64,000 nucleotides of DNA from Armatimonadota bacterium (GTDB lineage Bacteria > Armatimonadota > Zipacnadia > Zipacnadales > UBA5352), in assembly GCA_034722055.1 (NCBI GenBank), contig JAYENL010000198.1, positions 1-64,000 of the forward strand. Reading direction: 5' to 3'. Made by a program: the position numbers and the translations under genes. The first letter of the stretch is position 1; every line of letters begins with the position of its first letter. Shown here in pieces: positions 28,812 to 38,053 of the stretch. A model generated the notes under the pieces. That model was not told where the DNA came from and did not search any database. It saw only the letters and a list, made by a program, of their open reading frames with translations.

Positions 28812-30305
28812 TCAATCCTGCACCAGTCGTATCTCGTCTGACGTGATCGTTGACTTGTCGATGGTGAACTCCGCGTCCGGCGGGATGGGAGGGTGCGGGC
28901 CTCCCTTGACGTAGACCGGCGGCTCCTCCTCGAGCGTGATGCCCTGCGCCACAAGTCTGGCCCGCAGAGCCTGTGCGTCCACCTCGCGCGGCGTGACTTC
29001 CTCCTGCACCGCGAGCGCCGCCGCAGTCCCCGCCGCCTGGCCCATGGTCATGCACGTCAGTATCAGCCTCGCGCCGGACTGGGCCTCGAAGGTCGCGGAG
29101 AGGCAGCGTCCCGCCACCAGCAGGTTCTCCACCTCGAGCGGCAGCAGGCAGCGATACGGGATCTCATAGTACTGTCCGGGCTTGACGTAGGCATCGTAGC
29201 CGCCCCTCTCCACGTTGGGCACGCAGAACGCGGCCTCGCAGGGCTCCTCGAGGTGGACGTGTTTGATGTGAGGCAAGTCGGTGGGATTGTGTATGTCAAA
29301 GCCGTGCGTGTCTCTGGCGATCGCGTCCGGGAACTTCCTGGCGCAGGCCACGTCCTCCCCGGTCAGGACGTACTCGCCGATGATCCGCCGGGAGTCCCTC
29401 ACGCCCAGCAGCGGGGCGCTGTCGATGAGCCAGCAGTCCTCGAAGCCGGGAACGTAGCGGCGGTAGAACTCCACCATCTCCTTGATCTGCTGCCGCTGCT
29501 CGAAGGCCGTCGCGCTGAGGTCCTCGGCATCGGTCGTCCTGCAATGCCGCCTGTGGGCGGTGCACACGTAGACCTCGCCGTGCTCCGGGTCTCGCCCGGG
29601 CAACTGGCCGATGTAGCCCGTCTCCACGAGCTGCGAGAGCACGCCATCATCCACCGCCCTGTGAGCGACGGACTGCATGAACGCGTGCGTCTGTTTCACC
29701 GCCTGGTGGAAGCGCGGCAGGTTCACATTCCCCAGCCTGAAGTCGAGCGAGACGGCCTGATTGTAGCCCTCGGCCTGATCCCAGCCCGTCTCGAAGGGCG
29801 CTCCCGCATATGCCGCCACGTCAGCGTCCCCGGAGCAATCAACCACGGTCCCGGCCAGAACGGCCTGCGTTCCGGACTTGTTGTGCACGATGACGCCCTC
29901 GATGGCCCCCTCCCTGACGATGCTGTCCACTGCGGAGGTGCCATAGAAGATATCCGCTCCAGCCTCCTGGACCATCTCCTCGAGCACGCGCTTGCACTTC
30001 TCCGGGTCACACCTGCGCCTCTCAACGGCCTGCTCCGCCTCCAGCCCGTCGAGCAGCTCCTGGCCGGTCCCCTCAGGATATCCCGCAACGTAATCCACCA
30101 GCCCAAGCGTCACCAGCCCGCCGAGGGCCCACTGCTGCTCCACCAGCAGCGTATCCATGCCGTTGCGCGCCGCGCACACGGCCGCACCCACACCCGCCAC
30201 GCCCCCACCAGCAACCAGAACGTCAACCTGCCTCGTCACCGGAACCTCTTTCGTCCATTGCACCGCGTCATCGCTGACCTGCACGGTGAATCTCCTTTCC
30301 GTCAT
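28812..30305 (-). CDS. FAD-dependent oxidoreductase
   Basis: DVLVAGGGVAG, LGGLVT, VDCSGDADVA, GVRDSRRIIGEY, YEIPYRCL, NLLVAGRC and MGQAAG. Confidence 0.88.
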   Translation of the reverse strand: MTERRFTVQVSDDAVQWTKEVPVTRQVDVLVAGGGVAGVGAAVCAARNGMDTLLVEQQWALGGLVTLGLVDYVAGYPEGTGQELLDGLEAEQAVERRRCDPEKCKRVLEEMVQEAGADIFYGTSAVDSIVREGAIEGVIVHNKSGTQAVLAGTVVDCSGDADVAAYAGAPFETGWDQAEGYNQAVSLDFRLGNVNLPRFHQAVKQTHAFMQSVAHRAVDDGVLSQLVETGYIGQLPGRDPEHGEVYVCTAHRRHCRTTDAEDLSATAFEQRQQIKEMVEFYRRYVPGFEDCWLIDSAPLLGVRDSRRIIGEYVLTGEDVACARKFPDAIARDTHGFDIHNPTDLPHIKHVHLEEPCEAAFCVPNVERGGYDAYVKPGQYYEIPYRCLLPLEVENLLVAGRCLSATFEAQSGARLILTCMTMGQAAGTAAALAVQEEVTPREVDAQALRARLVAQGITLEEEPPVYVKGGPHPPIPPDAEFTIDKSTITSDEIRLVQD

Positions 30306-30401
30306 GCGGCTTCCATCACAGGTCGAGAGAACCTCGTCTGGGCGTTCACTGGCAGGAATCCGCGCGTTGCCCGGCGTCACGACAACACGTCTGCTGTCAC
30401 C

Positions 30402-30575
30402 GTGGAGGGGCCGCCGCGAGCAAAGCGAGCGGTGAGCGGTGCGTTTTTGGAGCGCGTCGCTCAGGTTCCACCCCGGCCCATTGACGCATAGGGACCTGGG
30501 CCGGGGTGGAACCTTCGGCCTCTTCGCTACGCTCACAGGCCTCACCAGGCGCTTCGCGCGCGGCGGCCCCTCCAC
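30402..30575. repeat. Inverted doublet of family-B REP-like units (REPIN-like)
   Basis: Perfect 17-bp outer inverted repeat (30402-30418 / 30559-30575) and 18-bp inner inverted repeat (30463-30480 / 30497-30514). Confidence 0.85.
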
Positions 30576-30728
30576 CTGAATGCTGAAGATCCTCACCACG
30601 ACCAAGCGGACCCACGGCACCGATCATCAACATCCGCCTACTTCCGCAGATCACCACGCGAGTGCCCACTCAACCGCTGCTCCCTCCACGTTCCGCTCAT
30701 GCCCTCTGCGAGCTGCACACCGCGCCGG

Positions 30729-31736
30729 TCACCCCTCGGCGACCGGCGGTCGCGGGCCCTCCACGAACACCCTCTCGTTGACGACAAAGCGCGGCCGGCG
30801 ACCGGCCAGCGCCGCCAGGATGTTGTCGCACACCGTGGCGTTCACCCGCGCGGCGCTCTCGGCGGTCATTGACGAGTTATGTGGGGTGATGATCGTGTTG
30901 GGCGCCTCCAGGATGGCGTCATCGGCGGCCGGCGGCTCCTCCTCGAGGGTGTCGAGGGCCGCGCCTGCGATCCAGCCCTCCTCCAGGGCCCGAGCCAGCG
31001 CCGCCTGATCGCACAGCCCGCCTCGACCACAGTTGATCAGGAAGGCCGTGGGCTTCATGGCCCGCAGCTCGTCCTCGCCGATCAGCCCACGGCTCTCATC
31101 CGTCAGGTTGGCGTGCAGCGTGACAATGTCCGCCTCCGCCAGCAGCTCCTCCAGACCCACCAGCTCCACGCCCAGCCGCCCCGCCTCCCAGGCCACCTCC
31201 GCCTCCCGGGGGTCGCAGGCCACCACTCGCATGGTGAAGCCCCGCGCCCGCTCAGCCACCGCCCGACCGATGGAGCCGAGGCCCACGATCCCCAGCGTCT
31301 TGTGCCACAGCTCAGTGCCCTCAACGTTGCGCCAGTCGAGGCTCCGCGCCACCTCCAACTGCTCCGGGAGCCGGCGCAGCAGCGCCAGCATGATGCAGAG
31401 GGTCTGATCGGCCACCGACTGTGTGACCTTGCCAGGGGTGTTGGTAACGATCACTCCCGCCTCCGTCGCGGCCTGCAGGTCGATGCTGTCGTAGCCCACC
31501 CCCCAGCGCGCCACCATCCGCAGCCGTGGCAGCGCGCCAAACACGCGCTCATCGTACGGCTCGTTCGAGGCCACCACGGCGTGGAAGCCGTCCAGCACCT
31601 CGATGAGCTCGTGCGGCTCCAGCAGGTGATCCAGCGGCCCGTGCACCACCTGCACGCCCGCGTCCGCCAGCGGCTGGCTCGCCTCCGGCTCATGGCGCAC
31701 GAACGGCGCGGCCAGCACCAGCACGCGTCCGCTCAT
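30729..31736 (-). CDS. D-isomer 2-hydroxyacid dehydrogenase (phosphoglycerate dehydrogenase-like)
   Basis: RWGVGYDSID, VTNTPG, GIVGLGSIG, INCGRG, AALDT..EP and TPH. Confidence 0.9.
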   Translation of the reverse strand: MSGRVLVLAAPFVRHEPEASQPLADAGVQVVHGPLDHLLEPHELIEVLDGFHAVVASNEPYDERVFGALPRLRMVARWGVGYDSIDLQAATEAGVIVTNTPGKVTQSVADQTLCIMLALLRRLPEQLEVARSLDWRNVEGTELWHKTLGIVGLGSIGRAVAERARGFTMRVVACDPREAEVAWEAGRLGVELVGLEELLAEADIVTLHANLTDESRGLIGEDELRAMKPTAFLINCGRGGLCDQAALARALEEGWIAGAALDTLEEEPPAADDAILEAPNTIITPHNSSMTAESAARVNATVCDNILAALAGRRPRFVVNERVFVEGPRPPVAEG

Positions 31737-32530
31737 GAGTAGACCCCCTCGCTGACGGCCTCGTGCCCGCGGATGATGCCCAGCGCCTCCCGGCTGCCGT
31801 TGACGAACAGCGCCACCTCGGAGGCGAAGCACAGGAAGCGACAGCCCGCGTCCAGATACTTCAGCGACATCTCCACGTCGAAGGCGTGCATGCCCGGCGC
31901 CACCGAGGCCTGCTGCGCGGCCGCGAAGATCTGCTCGATGGCTCCCACCACCTTGGGATCGTCGAGCTGTCCCGGGATCCCCAGGCTCAGCGACAGGTCA
32001 TTGGGGCCGATGAACACCGCGTCGATGCCCTCGGCGGCCAGGATCTCCTCGCGCCTCTCCAGGCCCGTGGCGGTCTCGATCTGCACCGCCACGAGAGTGT
32101 CCTCGTTGCGCCGGCGCGTGAAGTCCGCCGCCGGCTCGGCGCTGTAGTCGTCGTGGGCGATGCTGGTGCCCAGGCCGCGCTTGCCCATGGGCGCGAACTT
32201 CACCTGATCCACGATCGCCTGCGCCTGCTCGCCGGTCTCCACGTGCGGGAAGATCAGCCCGTCGCAGCCCAGATCCAGGTAGCGCGCCGGCCACTGGCCG
32301 CGGAAGGCCGGCGCCCGCACGTAGGCCTGCAGGCCGATGTCCCGCGCCGTGCGCATCAGCCAGGCCACGGTCTCCAGCCCCGGCCACTGGTGCTCGGTGT
32401 CGAAGATCACGAAGTCGTACCCGGCCTCGCGGACGATGCGGCAGACGCCCGGCGACGCCCACTCGCCTACCATCGTCCCCACCACTGCCTCGCCGCGGGC
32501 CAGGGCCTGCTTCACGGGATTACTCGCCAT
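31733..32530 (-). CDS. HpcH/HpaI aldolase family protein
   Basis: GYDFVIFDTEH, LDLG..G..FP, KFAPMGKRG, VQIET and FIGPNDLS. Confidence 0.9.
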   Translation of the reverse strand: MASNPVKQALARGEAVVGTMVGEWASPGVCRIVREAGYDFVIFDTEHQWPGLETVAWLMRTARDIGLQAYVRAPAFRGQWPARYLDLGCDGLIFPHVETGEQAQAIVDQVKFAPMGKRGLGTSIAHDDYSAEPAADFTRRRNEDTLVAVQIETATGLERREEILAAEGIDAVFIGPNDLSLSLGIPGQLDDPKVVGAIEQIFAAAQQASVAPGMHAFDVEMSLKYLDAGCRFLCFASEVALFVNGSREALGIIRGHEAVSEGVYS

Positions 32531-32694
32531 GGCTCACCTCCACGCCTTGATGACCGTGTCGTCATTTCGTCGCCATCCCACCCGTCCCTTCCGGCCTCGC
32601 AGGTCGGCCCCGCCGTCCCGGCGAATCGCGGGAGCGTGCAGCGGGCCCCAGGCGTTGACTCTTACGGCGAGCAGCCCGCCCGGAGCGTGCAGCC

Positions 32695-34260
32695 ATGACC
32701 GACCATCAGCACAGCTCAGGCCGCAGGTTTCCCCGCGGCCTCATCGCCGCCCAGGTGATCCTGGTGGCGGCACTGGCCGTGTGGCTGCTTCTCGTCCGGC
32801 GGGACATCGGCTGGCCCGGGGAGTGGACCTGGCCGGTGCTGGGTCCTGTCTACCCCATCGGCCACCTGCTGGCCCCGGCGCTGGTCGTCATGGGCTTCAG
32901 CGGTCTCATCGCCTACCTCTGGTCCGCCATGCTGCGGGAGGAGATTCCCGGCCATCGCCGCGCGCTGGCGTGGTCCATCGCGGGCTCGCTGGCGATCGGC
33001 GCCTGGTGCCTGCAGCTCGCGCTCTGGAGCGTGGCGCCGCTGAGCGTGCCACGGCTGGCCACGGTGCAGCTCAGCGAGGTGTCCACGGGGTACCTCGGCG
33101 AGGCCTACCGGATCGACGCCCTGGGGGAGTACCTGGACAGCTACGCCCGGGAGATGGGAGACAAGCCCGAGCACGTCGCCACCCATCCGCCCGGCGCCGT
33201 GCTCTTCTTCTACGCGGTGCGCCGAGTGGGGCAACTGCTGCCCGGCCTCAACCGCCTGGCCCTGACGGCGGGCAGCACGGCGGTGAACCTCACCATCCGC
33301 GAGCTCGCCGCGGAGGTGACGAAGTACCCCACCGCCGCCTGGCAGGGCAGCGATGGCCTGGCGACGGCGGTGCTGGCCTCGTGGCTGCTCGGGGCCTGTG
33401 GGGCCCTCATGCCCGTGGCGCTGTTCTGGGCCCTGCGGGGGCCGATGGGCGAGGGTCGGGCGCTGGCCGCCGCAGCGATGGTGACGCTGACGCCCACCAT
33501 GCTGCTGTTCTTCCCGCTGCTGGATGAGCTCATCGCGCTGCTGGGGACGCTGATGCTGGCGGCGCTGGTTGCCACGCAGCGGCACTGGGCGTGGGCGGCG
33601 GCGGCCGGGGCCATCGCGGCCGCGGCGCTGTTTGTGTCGCTGGGCGCGCTGGCGCTCGTGGCGCTGGGGTGCGTCTTCCTGCTGCTGCGCGCGGCCAAGC
33701 AGGCAGGGCAGTCCGGCGACAGCTCCTGGAGCGACACCCGCTCGGTCTTCGTCCCGGTTGCGGCCTTCCTGGGAGGCCTGGCGGTGGGCATCGGGCTGTG
33801 GTACGCTGCGGGCGTGGACGCCATCCCCATCTTCAGCCAGGGCCTCTCGGCGCACTCCAGCATCACCGGCCGCGCCTCATTCCGCAGCTACAGCATCTGG
33901 GTGTGGCTGAACCTGGTGGAGTTCGCCATCTTCCTGGGCCTGCCGCTGGCCGCGACCGTGGCGGCCTCGGCGGGCCGGTTCATCCGCGAGCTGCGGCCGA
34001 TGTCCGGCCCCATGCTGCCGGCATACCTGGGGGCGACCGCCCTGCTCACGCTCCTGCTGCTGGACGTCTCCGGCACGGTCAAGGGCGAGACGGGCAGGCT
34101 GTGGATGTTCTTCGCCCCCTGGCTGGGCGCGTCGGTCGCGCCGAGGCTGTGCGACGAGGCCGGATCGCGCTGGCGGCTGCTGGCCATCGCCTGCGGGCTG
34201 ACGGCCCTGCAGCTTCTGCTGATGGCCTGGACGATGCAGCCCATCATCCGCCCCTACTGA
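32695..34260 (+). CDS. Polytopic membrane protein, probable GT-C fold glycosyltransferase
   Basis: More than ten hydrophobic segments, loop motif HVATHPPGAVLFF, and late GETGRLW. Confidence 0.6.
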   Translation: MTDHQHSSGRRFPRGLIAAQVILVAALAVWLLLVRRDIGWPGEWTWPVLGPVYPIGHLLAPALVVMGFSGLIAYLWSAMLREEIPGHRRALAWSIAGSLAIGAWCLQLALWSVAPLSVPRLATVQLSEVSTGYLGEAYRIDALGEYLDSYAREMGDKPEHVATHPPGAVLFFYAVRRVGQLLPGLNRLALTAGSTAVNLTIRELAAEVTKYPTAAWQGSDGLATAVLASWLLGACGALMPVALFWALRGPMGEGRALAAAAMVTLTPTMLLFFPLLDELIALLGTLMLAALVATQRHWAWAAAAGAIAAAALFVSLGALALVALGCVFLLLRAAKQAGQSGDSSWSDTRSVFVPVAAFLGGLAVGIGLWYAAGVDAIPIFSQGLSAHSSITGRASFRSYSIWVWLNLVEFAIFLGLPLAATVAASAGRFIRELRPMSGPMLPAYLGATALLTLLLLDVSGTVKGETGRLWMFFAPWLGASVAPRLCDEAGSRWRLLAIACGLTALQLLLMAWTMQPIIRPY

Positions 34261-34354
34261 GCCCCTGCTCGCGGTGACTTGCGCAATTCCGCGTATGTTG
34301 ACCACGAGCGCGCTCAGCGCTTGGAGGCGTGGAAGGTGCGCGTCGTGCCCTCGT

Positions 34355-34430
34355 GGAGGGGCTGCTGGGCGCTGCGCGCCCGGTGAGGTCTCTGAGCGTG
34401 GCGAGAAGGCCGAAGGTCCCACCCCGGCCC
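34355..34430 (+). repeat. Single family-B REP-like unit
   Basis: GGAGGGGCTG...GGTGAGG...CCGAAGGTCCCACCCCGGCCC, located between convergent genes. Confidence 0.75.
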
Positions 34431-34546
34431 GCAACGCTGTGCCCGGAGGCGGACGGCGTGCAGGCGAAGGCGCCTGCATTACCCAACGGGCGGGCGACTG
34501 CTGAGTGGGAGAATCTCGCGCATTATGCGGCGGCACGGCGGTGCGC

Positions 34547-37500
34547 TCAGCCCTCCCGGCTCAGCCGCTCGATGGCCTCCATCAGCGCCCGCCGGCGCTC
34601 GTAGAGGGGCAGCGGATCGCGGGTGAACTCCCGCGGATTGGTGACGATGCTCTCCGGGATCTCCAGCAGCTCCCGGGCGGCGTCATCGGGATGACCCTCC
34701 ACCAGCGCCTGCAGCATCTCGAAGTACTCCCGGTCCTCCAGGCCCTCGCGCAGCATCTCCCAGCGGATGGAGTCCACCGGGCCGGTGATGACCGGCTCGT
34801 GCTCGGAGTTGGGATCCACGTTCGGGGGATAGATGAAGCGCCCGTCGCCATTGCCCCACCAGCCGCCGCCGCTGGCGCGATAGGCCATGGGGTCGTCCCA
34901 CGGATTCTGCCACTGTCCGGTCTCTCGCCGGCGCTGGCTCGACGTGTAGTAGTTCGTGGCCCAGATCAGGCAGCCCTGGACGTCGTACTTCCAGCCCATC
35001 CACTGCCAGATGCGCAGGTCCACGGCATTGTGGTCGATGAACAGCCCCGCGTAGGGGGCCTTGGGGCCGGTGCACACGTACCACCAGATCACGTCGCCGT
35101 CGCGCTGCCGCTCGTGGCAGGCCTCCTCATCGTAGTTGTGCAGCACCGGGCACCAGATGTCCACGAAGCCCACCAGCTCCTCCTCCGGCTGCTCGGTCAG
35201 CATCCGCCGGACGTCCGGGGCGTACTCGTCCAGCAGCCGCATCCCGTAGCGCACGTTCTCGTAGTGCTCCGGCGCGGGCTCATCCACCCAGTAGGAGTAG
35301 CCCACGTCCAGCCAGCCCTTCTCGCGCAGGTGCTCCTGCAGGTCGTGGAGGTACTCGCCGACGATGCGGTCGTAGGCCTCGGTGCCCTGCCAGTAGGGCC
35401 CAACGTGCCCGGGGGCGTCGCGGCGGGGCATGTAGCCGATGGGCAGCCGCACGCTCTGGAAGCCCAGCCCGTCCACGTAGCGCTCCATCCAGTAGTCGAA
35501 GTCGGAGTAGTCGCAGACGATGCGCACGTCCTGGGCGCCCATCTCGAAGCTCGGGTCGGGCAGCAGGTTCGCCGCCCCCTCCTCGGCCAGGCCGAAGAAC
35601 ACGTCGTCGAACCAGGCCTCGCCGGTGGTCTCACCGCCCTCCACCCAGTGGCTGGCGCGGAGCGTGACCCGCACGCTCTGGCAGCCCTCCGCCATGCGGC
35701 CGGCGGGGATCGGCGTCTCGTAGCGCGTCCACTCACCCGTGCCCTCGTAGAGGGTGTCGATGTTGCAGCCCGACATCCACTCATCGTCGGCGTCGTGGCA
35801 ACCCAGGGTGGTCTGGAACTGCTGGCCCTCCGCCGCCCGAGCCGTGAAGCTGAGGCGGTAGTCGCGCTCCCGGTCAACCGGGATCAGGTCCGCGGTCGCC
35901 GCCGAGGGATTGCCCGTCTCCTGGTCGTCCAGGACGTGCAGCACGTTCTGCCCGTCGGGCGCGTCCTCGCTCCGGATCATCTCCCCGCCCGTCCACTCGA
36001 TGCCCTCCAGGTGAGTGTGGATGGACTCCAGCATGGGCCTGTAGGGGTCGATGCGGTGGGCCCTGAAGCTGCGCATGTAGCGGTCGAAGACCTCCTCCAT
36101 CTGCTCGTCGGTCTCCAGGTGGTGGTAGTGGCGCATGGTCCCGGAGCTGAAGCCCATGGTTGCGACGATGCTGCGCTCGGCCGGCATGTCAAAGTCGAAG
36201 ACGCGCAGGCGCAGCGGCACCTCCGCGCTCCAGCCGTCCGCCTCCACCGACAGCGTGCCCTCGTAGCGACCAGCGGCCGCACCCGCCGGCACGTGCACCC
36301 GCAGCCACAGCGGCTGGTTCTGGTCGGCCTCCAGGTCGATGGGCGCATCCAGCGGCGGCAGCGGATCCGGCCACCACCCCACCGCTCCCTGGCGGTCGGT
36401 GGGCGTGTGCACGTAGACGTAGCCCACCCGCAGGATGTCGATCTCCTCTCCGGGAATCGTTACGCCACCGTCACCGGAGAGGTCGCTGACGCTGGCGGTG
36501 AGGCCGCTGATGGCCCGCCGCGGCCGGATGACCACCTGCACCGGCTCGTACTCGCCCCGGCAGGCCTCGATCATCACCGACCGCTCGTCACCACTCGGCG
36601 CGGGCCGATCCCGATTGACCTTGTAGGTCCCCTCGCACCACCACAGCTCCGCGTCATCGTCTGAGGCCACCGGATACCCGAAGTCGCTGCGGTACAGCTC
36701 CGGCACTTGGAAGGTGAAGCGGGCCCGGTACAGCTCCTGGCCGCCCGCGTCCGCCACGATCACCGCCGCCTCGTAGTCGCCCACCACGCCCGCTGAATAC
36801 GGGATGGTCACCTCCGCCTCGCCTCCAGCCGGGACGGTCACGGTCGCGCCGAAGCTCGCGGGCTCGCCCCCCTCCGGCTCGAATTGCAGCATCGGCCGCA
36901 GGTCCAGGGCGGCATCGCTGGTATTGCGCAGCGTCATGCCGGCCTCGTTGCTCATTCCCGGCAGCAGCCCGCCGAGCGTCTGGACGTCCACCGCCAGCCG
37001 GTCGCTCGTCGTCTCCGGCACCAGGAAGGTGGTGGCGCCACGCAGCGGCTCCACGGCCTCCGCCAGCTCCGCGCGGAAGCTGTACTCGTAGACCTGGAAC
37101 GAGCCCGGCGCGGACTCCCCGCGCTCCCCCTCGCCTGGCGAGCGCAGCCGCACGTAGACCTCCTCGGCGGGCAGCAGCTCGGCGGGCACTTCGAAGGTCC
37201 CCCGGCCCAGATCGCTCATGTCCCCCACCTGCGTCCACGTCTTCCCATCGGTCCCCACCTCCACGATGCACATGCCCGCGGCGTACCAGCCGATCTGGGG
37301 CTCGATGGTGGCGCCGGCGATCGCCCTGCCGCCGATCTCGTGGCGGTAGATGACCTCGGCGCCGGGGAAGAACACCCAGCGGTGGGAGTTGAAGTGCGCG
37401 GTGTGGGAGTGCAGCGGGCGGCTGTAGTTGCCGGTGTAGCCGCCCAGCGGCGCGTTGAAGGCGTAGCTGGTGCCGTCAACGCTCTCGCCCTGGCCAAGCT

Positions 37501-38002
37501 CCAGTCCCCCTCGGCGAACCGGCAGTGGCGTGACCGGCAGCAGCGAGACGTCGTCGAAGAAGATAGTGCCATCCGCGTGCCACTGACCGACGCGGATGTA
37601 GGCGTCCTCGGTCTCACGGGGCACCACGAAGACGTGCCGGCTCTCCGTCCACTCCTCGCGCGGCCTCCGGTCCATGTTGGCGCAGCTCGGCCCGGTGATC
37701 GCCAGGCCTCCGAGGGCCTCCGGGGCCCGCCGCATCCACGTGCCGAACTCATACGTCGCGCCCGGCTCCAGGCCCGGATCTTCCGCCCGCCAGTGGGAGG
37801 TGTCAGAGCCGCTCCCCGTGACGGAGACCCCGCGCTCACCGGTGTGCGCCTCCATCACCCAGCGCGCGTCTTCACCCTCGGCCGTCCAGCCATCGGGCGC
37901 GTCATCGCCTTCCTCGAAGGACGGGTTCGGTAGCAGGTTCTGCTGCGCCAGGCACACGCAGGTCATCAACATCGCAACACCGACAGTCAGCAGCACGCGC
38001 AT
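34547..38002 (-). CDS. Secreted DUF4091/GH123-like glycoside hydrolase with CBM4/9-like modules
   Basis: N-terminal NLLPNPSFE...FFDDVSL, RGEYEPVQV, WPDPLPP, YWVDEP, WWYVC and DSIRWEMLREGLEDREY. Confidence 0.8.
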   Translation of the reverse strand: MRVLLTVGVAMLMTCVCLAQQNLLPNPSFEEGDDAPDGWTAEGEDARWVMEAHTGERGVSVTGSGSDTSHWRAEDPGLEPGATYEFGTWMRRAPEALGGLAITGPSCANMDRRPREEWTESRHVFVVPRETEDAYIRVGQWHADGTIFFDDVSLLPVTPLPVRRGGLELGQGESVDGTSYAFNAPLGGYTGNYSRPLHSHTAHFNSHRWVFFPGAEVIYRHEIGGRAIAGATIEPQIGWYAAGMCIVEVGTDGKTWTQVGDMSDLGRGTFEVPAELLPAEEVYVRLRSPGEGERGESAPGSFQVYEYSFRAELAEAVEPLRGATTFLVPETTSDRLAVDVQTLGGLLPGMSNEAGMTLRNTSDAALDLRPMLQFEPEGGEPASFGATVTVPAGGEAEVTIPYSAGVVGDYEAAVIVADAGGQELYRARFTFQVPELYRSDFGYPVASDDDAELWWCEGTYKVNRDRPAPSGDERSVMIEACRGEYEPVQVVIRPRRAISGLTASVSDLSGDGGVTIPGEEIDILRVGYVYVHTPTDRQGAVGWWPDPLPPLDAPIDLEADQNQPLWLRVHVPAGAAAGRYEGTLSVEADGWSAEVPLRLRVFDFDMPAERSIVATMGFSSGTMRHYHHLETDEQMEEVFDRYMRSFRAHRIDPYRPMLESIHTHLEGIEWTGGEMIRSEDAPDGQNVLHVLDDQETGNPSAATADLIPVDRERDYRLSFTARAAEGQQFQTTLGCHDADDEWMSGCNIDTLYEGTGEWTRYETPIPAGRMAEGCQSVRVTLRASHWVEGGETTGEAWFDDVFFGLAEEGAANLLPDPSFEMGAQDVRIVCDYSDFDYWMERYVDGLGFQSVRLPIGYMPRRDAPGHVGPYWQGTEAYDRIVGEYLHDLQEHLREKGWLDVGYSYWVDEPAPEHYENVRYGMRLLDEYAPDVRRMLTEQPEEELVGFVDIWCPVLHNYDEEACHERQRDGDVIWWYVCTGPKAPYAGLFIDHNAVDLRIWQWMGWKYDVQGCLIWATNYYTSSQRRRETGQWQNPWDDPMAYRASGGGWWGNGDGRFIYPPNVDPNSEHEPVITGPVDSIRWEMLREGLEDREYFEMLQALVEGHPDDAARELLEIPESIVTNPREFTRDPLPLYERRRALMEAIERLSREG

Positions 38003-38053
38003 CGTGAACACCCCTCGACGACCTCCCGAGAGTGCTTCTCAGTCTGCGGGAGG

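Noticed and set aside
30306..30620. N-terminal extension of the FAD oxidoreductase, and similarly 18522-18920 and 10003-10473
   Set aside because: These extensions run through repeats or another gene, and open frames arise easily at high GC. Family motifs begin downstream.
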